The notes under the pieces: generated by a model
Told to the model about the DNA's origin: nothing
What the model saw: only the letters and a program-made list of their open reading frames with translations
The model's database searches: none
Position numbers and translations under genes: made by a program
Shown here: positions 61,460-64,000 of the stretch, piece by piece
Layout: the number at the start of each line of letters is the position of its first letter
Numbering within the stretch: the first letter of the stretch is position 1
Source: Obrimoposthia wandeli
Lineage: Eukaryota
Direction: 5' to 3'
DNA length: 64,000 bases
Assembly (NCBI GenBank): GCA_977020255.1
Contig: CDROCS010002432.1
Coordinates: 1-64,000, forward strand

Positions 61460-62161
61460 ATGACACAACATATCCAGACCCTGAAGCACTTATTAGCCAC
61501 AAAGGATGATAAAGTACTAAAACAGCATTACTTAGCTTCCAGTGAAGCTGAAAATATTGTTCAATTAGCTCACCTTTTTCAGCTGGGAATGAGTGAACTT
61601 TCTACTTATGATTCTTATCAGCAGCTTGCCACTGACTTGATAAAAAGCAAAAGTTTTCCTATTGCTCTAATAGCACAAATGAAAACAAGTGAAGCCTTAA
61701 GCTTTTTCACTTTAGCATTGCAATTAGTGGATAATTTTAAGTTAACAAACCTCCTTCAGCGTAATGCGCTGCATTATTCTTTTCAAGGAAGTCGAAAAAT
61801 AGCCAGTGCTGCACCGTTCAATTACTTGCGCTCTATGATGCTATTTGAAAGTAATGATACCTTGCGTGACGCGCTATGCCAGCGTGATCAGTTTCATTTG
61901 ACACCCATTGAAGCATATTTACAGGGTAATGAAGATTTTACCGACTTAGCCCCTCATGAATTTAATGCCTTATTGGCCTTGATAGAAATTGAAAGTAAGC
62001 AACAAGCTGTTGAAAAAAATAACTATATATCGACTATTAAAGTCGTAGGGGAATTATGTCGAGAGCAAGCATTATCTATATCGACTGACTTACAGCGGTT
62101 GGTGTTAATAGCGATATATTTTTCGAAACCGATTAAAGAGGTTGTTCATGATTTACGCTAG
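61460..62161 (+). CDS. Hypothetical protein
   Basis: Long ORF (track 61415-62161), probable ATG at 61460; no recognised motif. Confidence 0.65.
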   Translation: MTQHIQTLKHLLATKDDKVLKQHYLASSEAENIVQLAHLFQLGMSELSTYDSYQQLATDLIKSKSFPIALIAQMKTSEALSFFTLALQLVDNFKLTNLLQRNALHYSFQGSRKIASAAPFNYLRSMMLFESNDTLRDALCQRDQFHLTPIEAYLQGNEDFTDLAPHEFNALLALIEIESKQQAVEKNNYISTIKVVGELCREQALSISTDLQRLVLIAIYFSKPIKEVVHDLR

Positions 62162-62406
62162 ATAAATGTGCATGGTGTCGCTTTTATCTTAGGCAACCGC
62201 CGGTATTCTTTTAACTTTTATTACGTTTAGTGCAAAGCAATCAAATATTACTGTCTATAAATAATTAAACTTTTTGATAATATTTAATAAAATCAATATG
62301 ATTTTGATAGTTGCTTTGATAGTTATTTGCAGATTTAAGTAGACAGCTGTTTCAATATCAATCATATTGCATTTTTTTATTGTATAAATGGATTTTAGGA
62401 ATAAAA

Positions 62407-64000
62407 ATGAAGTTAATAACAGGATTTTTTGTCGTTGTTATATTTTTTGTCAGCTTTAGCGTTTTCTCACAAAGTACTACCGCTCAGATTGAACAAATTC
62501 AGCAGTCGAGCAGCCAGCATAAACCAGAACAATTATTAGCATTACTCGGTGAACAACAGCTAGACGCTAGTAATCGTTTTCTAGTTCTAGACACCCTAAG
62601 TGACTTCTACTATTCACTAGGTGACTTCAATCGAGCACTTTCATTCGCAGAGCAAGCCTTATATGTCGCTCAAAAACATAAGTTAGCGCTTGAAACGGGT
62701 AAGGCACTGAAAAATATTGGCATAATGCACTACTCAACCGCTGATATAGACTCTGCAATTGTTTACTATAAACAGGCATTACCATACTTCCATGCCGATA
62801 AAACGCCTATTTTAAGAGCTAATGTGCTAAATAATATTGCATTGGCTTATATAAAAAGTAGTGACATTATTGATGCGCTTGAGTACTTCAAAGAAGCTGA
62901 GTTTTTATATCAAGAATATGGTACACGAATCGATGCTATCGATATTCAATATAACATTGCGCTGTTATATATTCGTTTAGACCATGCTAAAAATGCCATT
63001 GAAATGCTAAATGAAGTCATCGAAGAAAGGTTAGAAATTGATGATACCAGTGGACTATTTCTCGCATACTCGGATCTTGTTGTAGCACTAAAGCTGGACG
63101 AACAATTCGATGAAGCGTTAGCTCTTTCACATCGGGTGATAACGTATTACACAGAACAAAACGATTATTTCAACTTAAGCTCCGCGCTACATAATATTTC
63201 TGATCTCTACTTGAAAATATCCAAGCCTTTAGAAACAAAAAAATATGCATTAGAAGGAATGGCGTACGCTAAAAAATCTCAGAATAATAAAGCCGTAGTT
63301 GGCTTTTTTTACACCTTAGCTAAAGCTCAAATTGTACTCGGAGATTTGTCTGGCGCCATGCAGACGATTAAGCAAAGTAATGAGTTTATTAAAACGCTCA
63401 ATAATACCAAGCTTGAGAGTACAAATGATGGACTTTATTCGTTACTTTTGATGGCGAAAGGTGAGCCAGAACAAGCAATTGATCGCTATCAAAATTACCT
63501 TGTAGGTATCAAAAAAGCACATAGCGTCGCTTTTAATAATCAACTGGCTAAATTTGAAGCCAATCAATTAAAGCAAAAACTAGCGAACCTAGAGCATCAG
63601 GGCTCATTAAATTCATTACAAAAAGAGAATGAAAGTCGATTTAAAAATATGGTTTTTATTATTATCATTTTTGCATTCCTTGTCTTGTTTTTACTCTATA
63701 GGAGAGCGACAGATAAAAGTATTAAAAGACATTTAAAACAGAAGGTTAATGAAAGGACTATGGAGCTTGAGAATGTTAACAAAAAGCTGTTAGACCTTTC
63801 ATATTTTGACGGATTAACAAAACTTAAAAACCGTCGATGTTTTGATGAGGATATAACCTTGTTATGGGATAACAAAGAAAATCAAAACAATGCCTTCCAT
63901 ATTCTAGTCGCAGACATTGATTCTTTTAAGCAATATAACGACACCTACGGACATGTCGCTGGAGATAAAGCACTCACTAAAGTAGCGGAGGTGCTAAAAA
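62407..64000 (+). CDS. TPR-repeat membrane diguanylate cyclase (GGDEF), truncated by the window end
   Basis: Manual translation from ATG 62407: signal, TPR-like helices, TM, then LSYFDGLTKLKNRR...ADIDSFKQYNDTYGHVAGD; open to 64000; not in the ORF track. Confidence 0.85.
   Translation, partial: MKLITGFFVVVIFFVSFSVFSQSTTAQIEQIQQSSSQHKPEQLLALLGEQQLDASNRFLVLDTLSDFYYSLGDFNRALSFAEQALYVAQKHKLALETGKALKNIGIMHYSTADIDSAIVYYKQALPYFHADKTPILRANVLNNIALAYIKSSDIIDALEYFKEAEFLYQEYGTRIDAIDIQYNIALLYIRLDHAKNAIEMLNEVIEERLEIDDTSGLFLAYSDLVVALKLDEQFDEALALSHRVITYYTEQNDYFNLSSALHNISDLYLKISKPLETKKYALEGMAYAKKSQNNKAVVGFFYTLAKAQIVLGDLSGAMQTIKQSNEFIKTLNNTKLESTNDGLYSLLLMAKGEPEQAIDRYQNYLVGIKKAHSVAFNNQLAKFEANQLKQKLANLEHQGSLNSLQKENESRFKNMVFIIIIFAFLVLFLLYRRATDKSIKRHLKQKVNERTMELENVNKKLLDLSYFDGLTKLKNRRCFDEDITLLWDNKENQNNAFHILVADIDSFKQYNDTYGHVAGDKALTKVAEVLK

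Overview
A 64-kb chromosomal segment of an AT-rich marine gammaproteobacterium. Gene content and synteny suggest Alteromonadales, probably Colwelliaceae (inference). The core backbone is intact: epmB-efp, yadGH, panP/panC/panB-folK-pcnB-gluQ-dksA-sfsA, pepB, hrpB, mrcB, dolP-gmhA-yraN-lpoA-rsmI and rnpB. Two accessory zones flank it. Left (0-21 kb): a Zur-box-led zinc-starvation operon containing a decayed zur-like gene, a TerB-like/PD-(D/E)xK protein, a small antitoxin-like ORF next to a frameshifted doc toxin, a GST/flavin-Fe-S/SnoaL operon and cti. It also holds the best candidate for a new system: an outer-membrane beta-barrel gene coupled to a 908-aa exported (alpha/alpha)-toroid-like protein with a single c-type heme. 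Right (54-64 kb, downstream of rnpB): a 4.4-kb islet bracketed by a degenerate duplication of the rnpB 3' end and terminator, followed by an integron-integrase relic. That relic is split by a 217-bp MITE with a perfect 6-bp target duplication whose removal restores the reading frame. Several dispensable genes not in the ORF track are pseudogenes (zur-like, doc, thpR, VOC, intI). No tRNA, rRNA or CRISPR array was seen. All family assignments come from motif recognition by eye, not from database searches.
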